Both the position numbers and the translations under genes were made by a program. This document shows positions 28,590 through 40,768 of a DNA stretch of 64,000 bases, one piece after another. Below the pieces are notes generated by a model. The model was given only the letters and a program-made list of their open reading frames with translations. It made no database searches and was not told where the DNA came from. Source of the stretch: Ophelia neglecta (lineage: Eukaryota); assembly GCA_965285935.1 (NCBI GenBank), contig OZ260662.1, positions 120,280,001-120,344,000 of the forward strand. The letters run 5' to 3'. Every line of letters starts with the position of its first letter. Within the stretch, counting starts at the first letter, position 1.

Positions 28590-29550
28590 CCACCAGGAAT
28601 CGTCGGGCGCAGGCCAACAAACATCAGTCCGCAGGAACCGTCAGCCATAGGTCCACATACATCAATCCCCAGGAACCCTCAGCCGCAGGCTCACAAACCT
28701 CAATTTCCAGGAACCGTCAGCCACAGGGCCACAAACCTCAATCCCCAAGAACCGTCAGGCGCAAACCCACATACATCAATCTCCAGGAACCGTCAGCTGC
28801 AGGCCCACAAACATCAATCTCCAAGAACCATCAGCTGCAGGCCCACAAACCTCAATCCCCAGGAACCGTCAGCCACAGGGCCACAAACTTCAATCCCAAG
28901 GAACCGTCAGCTTCAGGCTCACAAACCTCAATCCCCAGAAATCGCCGGCTGCAGGCCGACAAACCTCAATCTCCAGGAACCGTCAGCCACAGTCAAACAA
29001 ACATCGATCCCCAGGAACCGTCAGCCATAGGTCCACATACATCAATCCCCAGGAACCCTCAGCAGTAGGCCCATAAACCTCAATCTCCAGGAACCGTCAG
29101 CCACAGTCAAACAAACATCGATCCCCAGGAACCGTCAGCCATAGGTCCACATACATCAATCCCCAGGAACCCTCAGCAGTAGGCCCATAAACCTCAATCT
29201 CCAGGAACCGTCAGCTTCAGGCTCACAAACCTCAATCCCCAGGAACCGGCAGCTTCAGGCTCACAAACATCAATCTCCAGGAACCGTCAGCTGCAGGTCA
29301 ACAAACATCAATCCCCAGGAACCGTCAGCCGCAGTCAAACAAACATCAATCGCCAGGAACAGGCAGCCGCAAGCCCACAAAGCTCAATCCCTAGGTATCG
29401 CCGGCTTCAGGCCCACAAACCTCAATCCGCAGAAAACGTCCGCCGTAGGCCCACAAACCTCAATCCCCAGGAACCGTCAGTCGTAGGCCCACAAACCTCA
29501 ATCCCCAGGAACCGTTAGCTGCTGGCCCACATACAGCAATACCTAGGAAG
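28590..29550. repeat. 38-bp minisatellite (caggaaccgtcagccgcaggcccacaaacctcaatccc), ~25 copies
   Basis: Period 38 seen directly. Confidence 0.95.
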
Positions 29551-30010
29551 ATTTGTGGTTGAACTATTCATCACGTGGTCAGAGATGTGGCTGAAGGTTC
29601 ATCATGTGTTCAGAGATGTGGCTCAAGGGTTCGTCACGTGGTCAGAGATGTGGCTGAAGGTTGATAACGCCGTAAGGCATGTGGCTGAAGGGGTCATCAC
29701 GTGGTCAGAGATGTGGCTGAATGGGTCATAACGTGGTCAGAGATGTGGCTGTAGGGTTCATCACGTGGTCAGAGATGTGGCTGAAGGGTTCATCACGTGG
29801 TCAGAGATGTGGCTGAAGGGTTCATAACGCGGTCAGAGATGTGGCTGAAGGGGTCATAACGCGGTCAAAGATGTGGCTGAAGGGTTCATAACGTGGTCAG
29901 AGATGTGGCTGAAGGGGTCATAACGCGGTCAAAGATGTGGCTGAAGGGTTCATAACGTGGTCAGAGATGTGGCTGAAGGGGTCATAACGCTGTCAAAGAT
30001 GTGTTTGACG
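29551..30010. repeat. 32-bp minisatellite (cacgtggtcagagatgtggctgaagggttcat), ~14 copies
   Basis: Period 32 seen directly; abuts the 38-bp array. Confidence 0.95.
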
Positions 30011-31484
30011 TGTTCGACTATAATATAATTATGCTTCTGTTGCAAATTAGACTGCCGCGGTGAAAGCATCGGCTTCTGCGGGAGAGGGTACATGTGAAAC
30101 TGTGCCCAGTGATGAAGGCGAGTTTTCCTGATTGTATTCTGAGCTCAGTGTGTTATTATTATCATTATTTTTATTTCTAGTCAATAACTCAATGTAGACC
30201 ATTTACAATGTACTTGTCTCTATATGTCTCTATTGATAATATATATTAAACAATAAATGTCTGACATCAGAAAAACATATTTATATGAGGATATTAGGAT
30301 TGGAATCACGGCAGCAATCCAAACGGCGTCAATTGCCTTTAGAAACGGTTAGAAGCGATGACACATCATATATCTATTTGACTGGGGTAATTTATTTCCT
30401 TTCGCAATTAAAGAATTAATGATTTGGCCTAAAACCCAAGATCATGGGGCTTACAATGATGACAGAGGTCACCAGAGAGTACAAATCAATATAACTAAAT
30501 CTACCATCTGATAAGGCTGACCTATTTGCTGATTTGATGTGACTTAGCTATGGATTATTCCGGAGAGAGTTATTCTCGCTGTGGAGAAGGATAGATTTTC
30601 TATTTGGATTGATTCAATAAAGGTTTGATGACATACAGCAGAGTAAAGGTCAACTACGTGGTCATATTAACTGTGAATTGTTAAGATTTAGGTAGTGAGC
30701 GACCAGCCGGGTACAACGAGCACCCGCGAGAAAGCAGGGATATCGACCACCCACCGAGGAAGCCAGCCACCCGGACCACCCCTGACGAAGCCATCCGAAC
30801 TAGCCACTGACGAAGCCACCCGGCCACCTCCCTCATGGGAAGAATCAACTCGTTCTATTGTGTGTGTTTTTTCTGCGTATTGAGTCAAAACTCACAGTAA
30901 GAATTTCCTTAAATCACTTTTTCCCGAATCCAGCTTTTGAACAGATCTCTCACTTAATTGTTTAATGTTTTATTTATTTCCTCCACTTTGATGCAAAGTG
31001 AATGACTCGTTGATTTTTGAGACCTCCAACATATGTACTCGTCCTTGATAATTAATAAAAGGTATTAATGGATCTACTGCATCGGGAAAACATATACGGG
31101 CTCTGGGAAGCATTAACAGCAAATTGAAATAAGGCATATGTGATTATGTCCTATATCATCACATGTCAAAGTCATAGGTCATACACTGCTAGGTTCATAG
31201 CCACACGCGCACAAACAATATGGCACGGTAACATTTGACAGAAATAGTTTATAAAACTTTGACTTTTAAACACAATCGGGTGCGTTAATCGGTAGTAACT
31301 CAAGTCTTAACATATATTTATACATGCCGTTTGAGGACAATCAAATGCCCATTCTGGCTTGGAAAATCACAATTTCAATAGTTTTAGAAAATGAAATAGA
31401 ATTAGACCCCTTTACTTGTTCTGTACTATATGTGTGTTTTTATGTTTCTGGTACCTATTAAAGATGATGTGAACGATTTTACTT

Positions 31485-31823
31485 GGGCCTAGGGTTAAAT
31501 ACCTATGTTTAGTTCCCCTTGTACCAAGACTGGACTGTTTTTTTTTAATATTTTGCAAAATGTAACTTACACGCCCTATATCCATAAAGCACACTTTCAG
31601 TTTTAAATGATATTTATTATTGTTTAAGAACTATAATACGCCCGATAACACGTGACCTGGAACTTGCCTTAACGACTTGTCACGTGATGGACAGGATAGA
31701 CTTAACGTCATTCTATAGGGCATGCAAGTGATGTCACCATAAGTGGTACAATTAGTAAACCATTGAAACAAGTCCAGTCTGGGTACAAGATGTACACAGA
31801 CAAAGGGACTTAACCCTGGGCCC
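31485..31823. mobile_element. Foldback MITE with long (~56 bp) imperfect TIRs and an inner inverted repeat
   Basis: gggcctagggttaa...cttgtaccaagactggactgttt versus aaacaagtccagtctgggtacaag...ttaaccctgggccc; inner acttacacgccctata / tatagggcatgcaagt. Confidence 0.7.
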
Positions 31824-33009
31824 TCTCAGATCTGTGACTGCATGTCTAATATATACCAGAAACTTATACTACTCACTCTCACGGGTGACTGGAACAGGTA
31901 AGGGCATCTGATTATACCATGAAATAACATAACCCATCTTTTTTCCAGAACTGATGAAAATGTGATCTTTCCAAACCTGAATTGGCATTTGATTATTACG
32001 CAGACGGAAAAAATGTCTTTTAACTTGTGTTACAACAGGCTTACCAGGCGTATATGAGATTCTGAGTGTGTTTGGTAGCAAGCCTGCCCTACATCAGGGT
32101 AAACGGTTCATCACTGGGTCATAAGGACCAATACCAATTGGAGGACAGAGGTCATAGCAGTGCGCAGGCCACTATAACCATATCAGAGACCGGCCCCACA
32201 GGAAGACGGTACTGGCTGATTGGATGTGGCCGGCTAGAGGTTATTCTACAAGGAATCATTACGTATATGGCGTCGGATGGACTTGCCATTTGTATTGATT
32301 CAATAGAGATATGATCTAATGGAGGTGGCTAAAGGTCACCCACTGTACTAGGACTTAAACGGAAAATAGCTGTCTCGGTAAAATGGATTGGTTTAACGCA
32401 AAGCATGCCAGAAACATGAAGCACCGAACGACCATAATCGATGGCAATTCTAGGCAATTTGTTATTGGTTCTACCAACCCCACCATTGTCGGTAAACACA
32501 TAGGAGCCACGGAATCATATAGGAGCCACTAGACATCTCATAAACATATATGGGACAATTCATGAAATTGGATATGGTGGCTTGGCAGACAACACCTGAC
32601 GTCTACAGAGCAATAAATTCATAGCGGGACTTTTATTTCCAAAGACCAAGACTTTTGAGGACAACTTCTGTATGATATCGGTTTTAATCATATCACATTG
32701 CCCATTGTCGCAGACAGAATCCTGCCAATGGTGACCACTTCAGTGCGAGTTCTCGCACAATGCCATGCTAATGCCTGATGTGGAATATCATAATCCTTGA
32801 CAGATTAACAACCAGCATGGGCACAGAAACATCTGACTCATATAACTCATTTGAGAGTTTGAAGGCTTCCTACTGCTGCCGTAGGTTTGTAGGCCAGGCA
32901 GCCTTGGTGTAATCTTTAAACATGCATCCTAGCCAAACAGCATTGTGTCACGGGATATATTCAAATAGAAACGATGTTTTAAATGGCATTAAATGTCTGT
33001 AACCATATT

Positions 33010-33285
33010 TAAATACAATACAAGCCCACAATGAGAACATAATCCTTTCTTTACAAAATAAAGCCCATGAAGAGAACATTACCCGTACTTTACACCGGCT
33101 GAGGAGGCAAGACATCGAAGAACGTAAACCCTTCTTTACATAATTTTACATACAATAAGAACATGTTCTAATTTTTTCACAACATAACGCATACATTGGG
33201 AACGTAATCCCTCTGTACAATATCAAGCCTTCAAAGAGAACATCATGCCTCGTTACAATATAACGCATACAATGAGAACAGTTAT
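33010..33285. repeat. Degenerate ~40-bp repeat (caatataacgcatacaatgagaaca...)
   Basis: Several diverged units. Confidence 0.55.
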
Positions 33286-35179
33286 ATTCAGTCTTTTTCC
33301 GCGACATCTATAAGCCCTGAGGTTCCAACACTGTAATTGGGGCCTTCTTTCAATTTCAAAGGAAGTTCGCGGTGTACTAATGGCACCTCATAAACACAGA
33401 CAATTTAATTCTAGCTACGGAAGTTCGCAGAATATTGTGTCTAGAAAGAAGTGGGCAATGACACGTTGTGGTTTGATAAGAAGTATTGATTTGCCATTGT
33501 TTGTATTAAATATGTATTGGTCTTTCCTTCCTAGAGCTAGTGTCGTGGGTGCCCCGCTGCCTAGGCCAATCCTATTGTATACGTATGTATGAGACATGTA
33601 TTTGTGGCCATTGCCTGTCCCAGCAGTCGTATTTATCTCACGGCCTAGTCGTCCATACCTTTAATACTCCCAGTCACTCGGGTCGCCGTTTATAGTGCAG
33701 CTACATTTGAAAGGATGCTAACATGTTCATACATACATTGGTTGTTGATACTTCACAGCCTAGGGACTCAATGTATTTGGAGGGTAACTGGAGAGTAAGT
33801 TAATTCTTATGACCCGTTCAGGGCTCAGCCTGTCTCCCGGTATGGAACTCCTGGGGCTGCAGATCTAGCCGCTACTCGATCTGGGTCAATAGGCTAAGGG
33901 TTGTCTAAGTGTGAGACCTTGTTGGCCTAGTATGTCTGTGCGAGCCCTGAATGTTGATTTAGTGTACCTGAATCTAAGCTGTGTGGGTCAGGAATGGAAG
34001 TGAGCGGGCACAGACAGAACAATTTCCGGTAAACAGACACGATATATTGCTGGCCCTATGCTTGGCGGGTAAATTGGGTATAAAGGCGAATCATCACGGC
34101 ATTATAGCTGATCCCTGTCCAAGTGGAGAATAGTAAGATTTAGGACGTCAGGAGTGAAACCGTCAATACTAGGGCTGAGCAGTTAGACACATCAGCAGCA
34201 ATAGGAAAGACACAACGTGCTTGACAAAGTCCTATATTTGTACCCTAACTAAAAGTTTCCGCGTTAGCTCTCGGTTTTTCCCAGCGATATGTAATGCTTT
34301 GCTGTCTGTTACAATATTGGTACAGTTCTGTTGCTCAGGCAGAAAGAAACGTGTTTTGCTTTTTTTCCATTATTAGCAGAACAAAAAACGGTCAGCATTA
34401 CCCCGGGTGTGTTACAACAGGGCTGGTGATGTCACACCAGCTGAGCCTTCAGCAGTAACAAGTACGAGTAACTGTATTGGAGGAGCAGCTAGGTTATCAA
34501 AGCTACTAGTCACATTAGATAGTACAATGAGTTACCAAGATGCTCCAGCTTAGGGTTGGCTGTACTGCCGCAGCATATTACATTCGGTATCGGCGTAGAG
34601 GCTGTGATTATCTATAGACAGAAAAAAGATAGCAATAGCCACAAAATATAAGCTGGGTCACAAGGCCAAAAAACTCTTAAGACCTTGCCTATCGATGAAA
34701 ATACAGTGCATTGTTCCAACAATAAATTCCCTTGTCTGCCTACGCCCCTAATTGGATTTTACAGAAGAGGAAAGACAATATAATACGCTCATTTTTAAAT
34801 AAACCTCCAGACGTCTTTTTGGTTCCGTTTAGCTGTACAAAGGATGATAAAACGTGATAAACCTTTTCATAAAATCGGCCTGGCTTTGTAATACACACTT
34901 TGACAACGAAATTCCGGAGCTTAGACATAAACCGTCTATGCCCTTTTGCCTGACAGTATTTCTATTCCAAAAATCCCTGTACCTATTAACCTGAATACAA
35001 TCAGGCCCCTTTATCAGTTGATTAGCTTGGCTAGCAGACTGGTCTCCTGACCTGACCTCTTACACTTGGTGGGCCTCCTCTCGCCCTGATGAGCAATGAA
35101 AAACCATCACAGTGAGCACAGAACCCAGTCCATTAGAAGACACATCAATCAGCATTCAGCAAGCCAAGTCAGCCAGTAT

Positions 35180-36160
35180 GAAACAAGACTGGGACCCAGA
35201 CGACCAGAATGGGGCTGGAAACCCTACCACCAGAACAAGACTGGGAAACCAGACGAATAGAAAGGGCTGGAAACTGGACAACCAGACCGGGGCAGGAAAC
35301 CATACGACCAAAATGGGTCTGGAAACTGCCCCGGTCTGGTTGTCCAGTTTCCAGACCCATTTTGGTCGTATGGTTTCCTGCCCCGGTCTGGTTGTCCAGT
35401 TTCCAGACCGGGGCAGGAAACTGGACAACCAGACCGGGGCAGGAAACTGGACAACCTGACCGGGGCAGGAAACTGGACAACAAGCCCGGGGCAGGAAACT
35501 GGAAAACCAGACCGGGGTAGGAAACTGGACAACCAGACCGTGGCATGAAACTGGACAACCAGACCGGGGTAGGAAACCTTACCACCAGAACAAGACGAAT
35601 AGAAGGGGCTGGAGAGTGGACGACCAGAACAGGCTGGACACCAGACGACCAGAATGAGGCAGGATACCAGACGACCAGAACGAGGCAGGATACCAGACGA
35701 CCAGAACGAGGCAGGAAACCAGACGACCAGAATGAGGCAGGAAACCAGACGACCAGAACGAGGCAGGATACCAGACGACCAGAACGAGGCAGGAAACCAG
35801 ACGACCAGAACGAGGCAGGAAACCAGACGACCAGAACGAGGCAGGAAACCAGACGACAAGAACGAGGCAGGTAACCAGACGACCAGAACGGGATTGAAAC
35901 TGGACGACCAGATCGGAGCTGGAAATCAGACGACTGGAATGGGGCCGGCAACCAGATGACCACAACGGGGCTGGTAACTGGACGACCAAAACTGGGTTGG
36001 ATTTGGAAGACCAGAACGAGGCTGGCAACCAGATGACCACAACGGGGCTGGTAACTGGACGACCAAAACCAGGTTGGAATTGGAAGACCAGAACGAGACT
36101 GGAAACTGGACAACCAGAACGGGCTGGAAACGGGGCGACAAGAACGGAGCTGTAAACTGG
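35180..36160. repeat. 26-bp minisatellite (gaaaccagacgaccagaacgaggcag) containing an internal inversion
   Basis: Period 26; accounts for the cluster of repetitive ORFs at 35112-36218. Confidence 0.93.
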
Positions 36161-36384
36161 ACGGTTTTATTCTAAATGATGATATCGTTGCTTTGTCCGT
36201 ATGGACGAGACATGACAAGGAAGTTCATCTATTGTAGCTCCTATAAACAGACAAGACTTGCTCCGGCCAGCCCTTCTCAAATTTTAAGTAAAGAGGAAAA
36301 AGGCACAGGTATAGAGTTTTGTACTAGCCAATACTGCATGCACGACTGTATATTTTACCCCTTGCTTAACCAGCACAAGTCAGC

Positions 36385-36462
36385 AAAGAATCTCCTAAGT
36401 GGATTCGAACACACGATCTTATGGTCATCAGACTAATATGTATTGACTAAGCCAACCCGCTG
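36385..36462 (-). mobile_element. Degenerate tRNA-derived SINE head or tRNA pseudogene
   Basis: Minus strand has an A-box-like TGGCTTAGTCAA and a B-box GTTCGAATCC at tRNA-like spacing; no intact cloverleaf. Confidence 0.55.
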
Positions 36463-38780
36463 TGAGCAGGAAGCTTATTTCCTGTACATACTCTGTGTAA
36501 ATACATTTTAGTGCCTTTGAGGCAATGGCTTTGTCCTTGAGGTAGTCAATCTGCCATTACATAACAAACTGCAGGTGCCACTTCGTACAGAGGCGTTATA
36601 CAAGAGGCCAGAGCAAGACTTAACAAAAACAAAGCTTAATAACTCCTGTGCCAAATGAGCCATGGGCATGGTGGTGTTTCTTAGCTCATATATACCCTTA
36701 ACGGGTCTCATGTAGGGCTACATAGTATTAGTTCAGGATAATTATATCCCAATGTTTAAGAATATAGTAACTTACATGTCAACGGCTTAAAGCCATCCTA
36801 GAGATTATTACACTGGCTGAACTTAGCATATTAATGGTTTTCGGCTGTCTTTGCTCACTATTCGTACCTTTTAGGGAAACACGATAAACTATTTATTTTT
36901 ATGTGCCCTACACAAGAGACGACGACACGAGGAGGCAGTGAAGGCTACTGGTGGAATCCTTGTATGCCGCGTCCATCATTCCCTAGTGAATAAGGCTGCA
37001 ACTAAATTATCACTCAGTCAAGCATTACCAACCAATGATACCAGCAGCTGAGAAGTTGGTAAGACGAGTGAACATGGCGCCCTTTTTCAATTTTCAACCT
37101 ATAATAAAAAAACCTCAGCTCATATATCAGAAGACAAGGTTCGTCTTGCCTTGCAAGACGAACAAAATAATACAGCTGTATGTACTCAGTATGTACTGTA
37201 CCCCCCCCCCCTCGCCGACTCCATCACCCTCCCCAACCCCCCTCTTGGGCGGCGTAGAGGAATATGGCGAAATTTACAAAAAATCACAGCATTCGAAAAT
37301 AGCCGCTTGCCGATTTGAGACCAGAGGTGGGTTTTCACTGCTCTTTCTGTTTGGGGGTCGAGTCAATATTCACGAGTATAGACCTGTATATTTGCTTTGT
37401 ACAATAATTTATGTACCTCCTCCAGCATGCTCAGCTATAGGACTATTGATGTATTGTGGAGTGTTTGAGATCAAAGGATTTCGCCAGAACCTGGAGAGAC
37501 CTTCACTATGAAGTAGATTATTTAGAATACTGTAGAGTTGAATGAACTATTGAATACAAGTCCACGTCTTCAAAGAAGTAATCGACTGCCATCACAAAGC
37601 AGGGTAGGCCACAATAAAGAGCTCATATAAATGCAAGTAACAATGTCATTACACGAGTAAGTGGATAAAATAGGTGCGCCATCGGCGGATAGAACCAGGA
37701 GTATGGATTGGTAAGAGGGAAACAGATCCTGGAGTACGGAATCCGGGAGAAGACTCTCCATCTCCTAACCTCTCAAAAAATGATCTGGAACTGCTGCTTG
37801 TCTATGACTATTAAAGCTTAAAATATGGGGCTTGAACACATTTGTAAGTGAATATTTGAAATAAATATTGTGTTTGAAACCACCGTTATCTAGCTCAGCC
37901 ATAAAACCACGCCTAACAAATCAATCCGAGCCACGATATAAACAAAACAAAGAATGGTTTCTAAATACATAGGCACTTATTATGAAAAATAGAGACCTAC
38001 TTCCATTGCTTGGTAATTTTGCCATATTTGTCGCATGACACACAATTCACAGGTATTCCGTATCTGCTGAGCTACTGAAACCACTGTTATTTGGGTGGAA
38101 GACTCGCACTATTACCCTTGATTAATCCCTTTTTCATGTTTTTTAACTAAACTGATATGAATCCATCTTCAAAAAAAGCCGCAATTTTGGAACAAATAAT
38201 GGCGGAAAGTATGTACTCTTTCCATTTGAACCATTTTTGAGGGATTTTACTTATTTTATTAATTTTACTGAATTCCCTTGATGTTAAGTATCATCGAGAG
38301 TTTTGAGACATATTTCACTGATCGGGTGAGCTAATGTTGGAGAGTGTCATTCGCGAAATATTGTTCCTTGATGACTAAGCTATGAGGGAACACAATTTTG
38401 CGACTTTCCCCAGTGGAGTCTGTGACTGTGACACCTTATTTTGTGGAGACTTTTTTATGGTGTCCCAATTGATCATACATTCTGAACACATTACATTACA
38501 TTGCAATGTCCTCAGTAAGTTTGAAAAAAAAAGACTGCTTCTAGGTCACAAGGAATCTTTAGGTCAACTAATTTAGAAAGCTCCTTTAGAAGAGCAGAAC
38601 TGGACATCAAAATGATAATGTATCATATGAATTAAAGGTTTAATTATAGTATATTATGAGAGAGCCAGTGTTCGTAAAACAGATCTAGTTATCAATATCA
38701 TTGGAATAACATTCGTTATCTCTTTCTATCGCTATATGAGCCCAGCATCAATGACCAAACCATGTGAATCGGAGCATCGT

Positions 38781-38786
38781 TTTATT
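38781..38786 (-). promoter_or_regulatory. Candidate polyadenylation signal (AATAAA) for CAPON
   Basis: tttatt on the + strand, ~670 nt past the stop codon in AT-rich sequence; position only, no transcript evidence. Confidence 0.35.
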
Positions 38787-39454
38787 AATATATTTAATGT
38801 GTACACTAATAAACTTCAAGTAATGCATTTCATATATTTGTGTTCACTTATATCTTAATAATTATAGCATACCTGCCATAATTGCACAACCATGTCTTAA
38901 CTAACAGAAAATGACACATACAAAGATATCAAAGTCCACATTAAATGTAAGTAAATAAATGATAATGGAAGTCACCTGTATGGAGACAAGTCCTGAATCT
39001 CCTCAAGGCATGTCCTAACATTTCTCTACAGAATGCGTAGTAAGAAATGGATGTATTTCTGCGTTAAAGACAAAATAAATATGTTTGATCATAGCCTAGC
39101 AGCAATAAGGAATGCGATTAAACAGTCACAGTTAATGTCCTGTTCTCTTAACATAGTCTTCATAAACTTCTGTTATCATGAAGAAGGAACAATATAGAGA
39201 CACACGGAAATCTTGATATCTGACTAGAGTCGCCATATTTACATTATACAGAAGCTAAGGTGCCACTGTAATTCACAGCAGTTCAAACCGAGCTCGTATT
39301 GCGCACACAGTTATACATGGATACCAGTGCTCACAATGGCTATCAGCCTGCCTTTTTGCAATATGTACTTCCAACTATAGCTGCTGAGAATCCACTACCG
39401 ACATACACATACCATAGGAGATACTCTATATCACTTGAGTATACACCCAGACCA

Positions 39455-40768
39455 CTAGCTGCTGAGCGCTTCAAACTCCCTAAATGTCATAGAGTCCAGG
39501 CCAGCCGACTGGCGAGGCAGCCCCGAGTCCCCGGAACTCTCGGCAGTACTTCCTCCATTACTCTGTCCATTAGATTCTACATTCTCCTCATCCGAGAAGC
39601 TTAGTCTCACCCCGTTGCTGGCCTCACAGCTGGAGTCGGAGTGATGTGGGTTAGTGAAGATGTTGCCATTGTGGGTGTGCGATATCAGCGTGTAGCCCTG
39701 GGGCGTCGACACCAGTTTACTGCTCTTGGTGTCCAGATTGATGTTGTTGCTGTTCAGAGAGTCCTTGCCCATGGCCTTGTCTGCTTTGGGCAGTGTGTTC
39801 AGTTCTTTGTCTTCGTTTAAACAGTTTTCGTGGTATATTTTAGCGCTATCTGCAGAGCTTCTCTTGCCACTGAGAGATAGTGAACTATCGGAGTGACATG
39901 ATCCACCACTGGAGCCAGAGACCGACCCCGTTACTGACCCAGCCACCGAGCCATTCACAGAACCAAGTGTGCTACCACTAGCGTCAACACTAGCGTTACT
40001 GCTGGGGTTCCCATTGCTGTCAGGACTGAGCAGGGAATCTGCATTACTGAAGACAGATGTCGTCTTGTTCCGAGGGGTGTTCCGAACCACTTTGGGAGGA
40101 GGGTCAAGTTTAGGCAATTTAAGGTCGAGTCTGTTTCCACTTGCATCTTGGGATGGAACAGGTGTAATGATCTTTGGGTCTGATTTCTGGGTGTCTGTCT
40201 GTCTGTGTAGCTGTGACTTGTTCCTGCTAGTGGTGGGGTTAGCATTACTGTCTGTGGCGCCTCTTTGGGAGAACGTGGTGCCCCCTTGAGAGAAAGTGGC
40301 TTCAATTGGAGAGAAGGGATTAGTTGTAGAGGTGGTAGTTCGCAGAGGGAGATTGAACTCGGGGCGAGTGACTCGAGCCATGTTGCCTTTGCTGCTGACG
40401 GTTACAGAGCTGGTCACCACATTACCACTTGTAGCTGATTCTCCCATGCGGGGCATGTTCACAATGGCGGTCGAAGTAGTATTGGTGTTGAAGTTCCCTA
40501 CTCCACCTTTACTGACTTCACCCACAGGGCACGAGGTAGGGTCTCCAACGGGACGGGAGGCTGAGAACCATGAGAAGGAGGCGAGGCTGTCAGAAGACAT
40601 CTCCTTATGTCCTGAGTCAGGGGACTCCGCAGTCGCCTTCTTGGTGTTCTCCTTGATGTACATGGCTTCCTCTGGTATCTGGCCGAGGTGTGCTGAATAC
40701 ACATCACGGAAATCTGGAAGGAACACGGGACCCGACTCAGGCGTGGTAGGGTCTGGCAGTGTCCGGAT
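39455..40768 (-). CDS. NOS1AP: CAPON large terminal exon, 437 aa, Ser/Thr/Asn-rich and probably disordered, ending ...[11 protein letters not shown]
   Basis: Part of the 485-aa ORF 39455-40912. Acceptor tgtattccag|ATC is in phase 0 with the preceding exon, and GC is elevated relative to the flanks. Confidence 0.82.
   Translation of the reverse strand: MRTLPDPTTPESGPVFLPDFRDVYSAHLGQIPEEAMYIKENTKKATAESPDSGHKEMSSDSLASFSWFSASRPVGDPTSCPVGEVSKGGVGNFNTNTTSTAIVNMPRMGESATSGNVVTSSVTVSSKGNMARVTRPEFNLPLRTTTSTTNPFSPIEATFSQGGTTFSQRGATDSNANPTTSRNKSQLHRQTDTQKSDPKIITPVPSQDASGNRLDLKLPKLDPPPKVVRNTPRNKTTSVFSNADSLLSPDSNGNPSSNASVDASGSTLGSVNGSVAGSVTGSVSGSSGGSCHSDSSLSLSGKRSSADSAKIYHENCLNEDKELNTLPKADKAMGKDSLNSNNINLDTKSSKLVSTPQGYTLISHTHNGNIFTNPHHSDSSCEASNGVRLSFSDEENVESNGQSNGGSTAESSGDSGLPRQSAGLDSMTFREFEALSS

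Noticed and set aside
28590-30010. CRISPR-like appearance of regular 32-38-bp repeats (also 41240-43187 and 59310-59800)
   Set aside because: Units are head-to-tail with no unique spacers, there are no cas genes, and the context is eukaryotic with spliceosomal introns
30781-30830. Two CTGACGAAGCC motifs resembling a hammerhead ribozyme core
   Set aside because: No GAAA with a closing stem II/III and no stem I partner. CTGATGA at ~19234 and ~35087 fail in the same way.
33655-33700. Weak resemblance to the SRP/7SL Alu domain (ctcccagtcactcggg)
   Set aside because: The match is too short, with no GCCGGGCG 5' end and no S-domain motif
35112-36218. 349-aa and other overlapping ORFs
   Set aside because: They are translations of the 26-bp minisatellite, open in several frames on both strands
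36385-36462. Functional tRNA gene
   Set aside because: The B-box is present but acceptor and anticodon stems do not pair; kept only as a SINE-like relic
37035-37511. 158-aa ORF
   Set aside because: No recognisable domain, includes a poly-C low-complexity tract, and has no supporting exon structure
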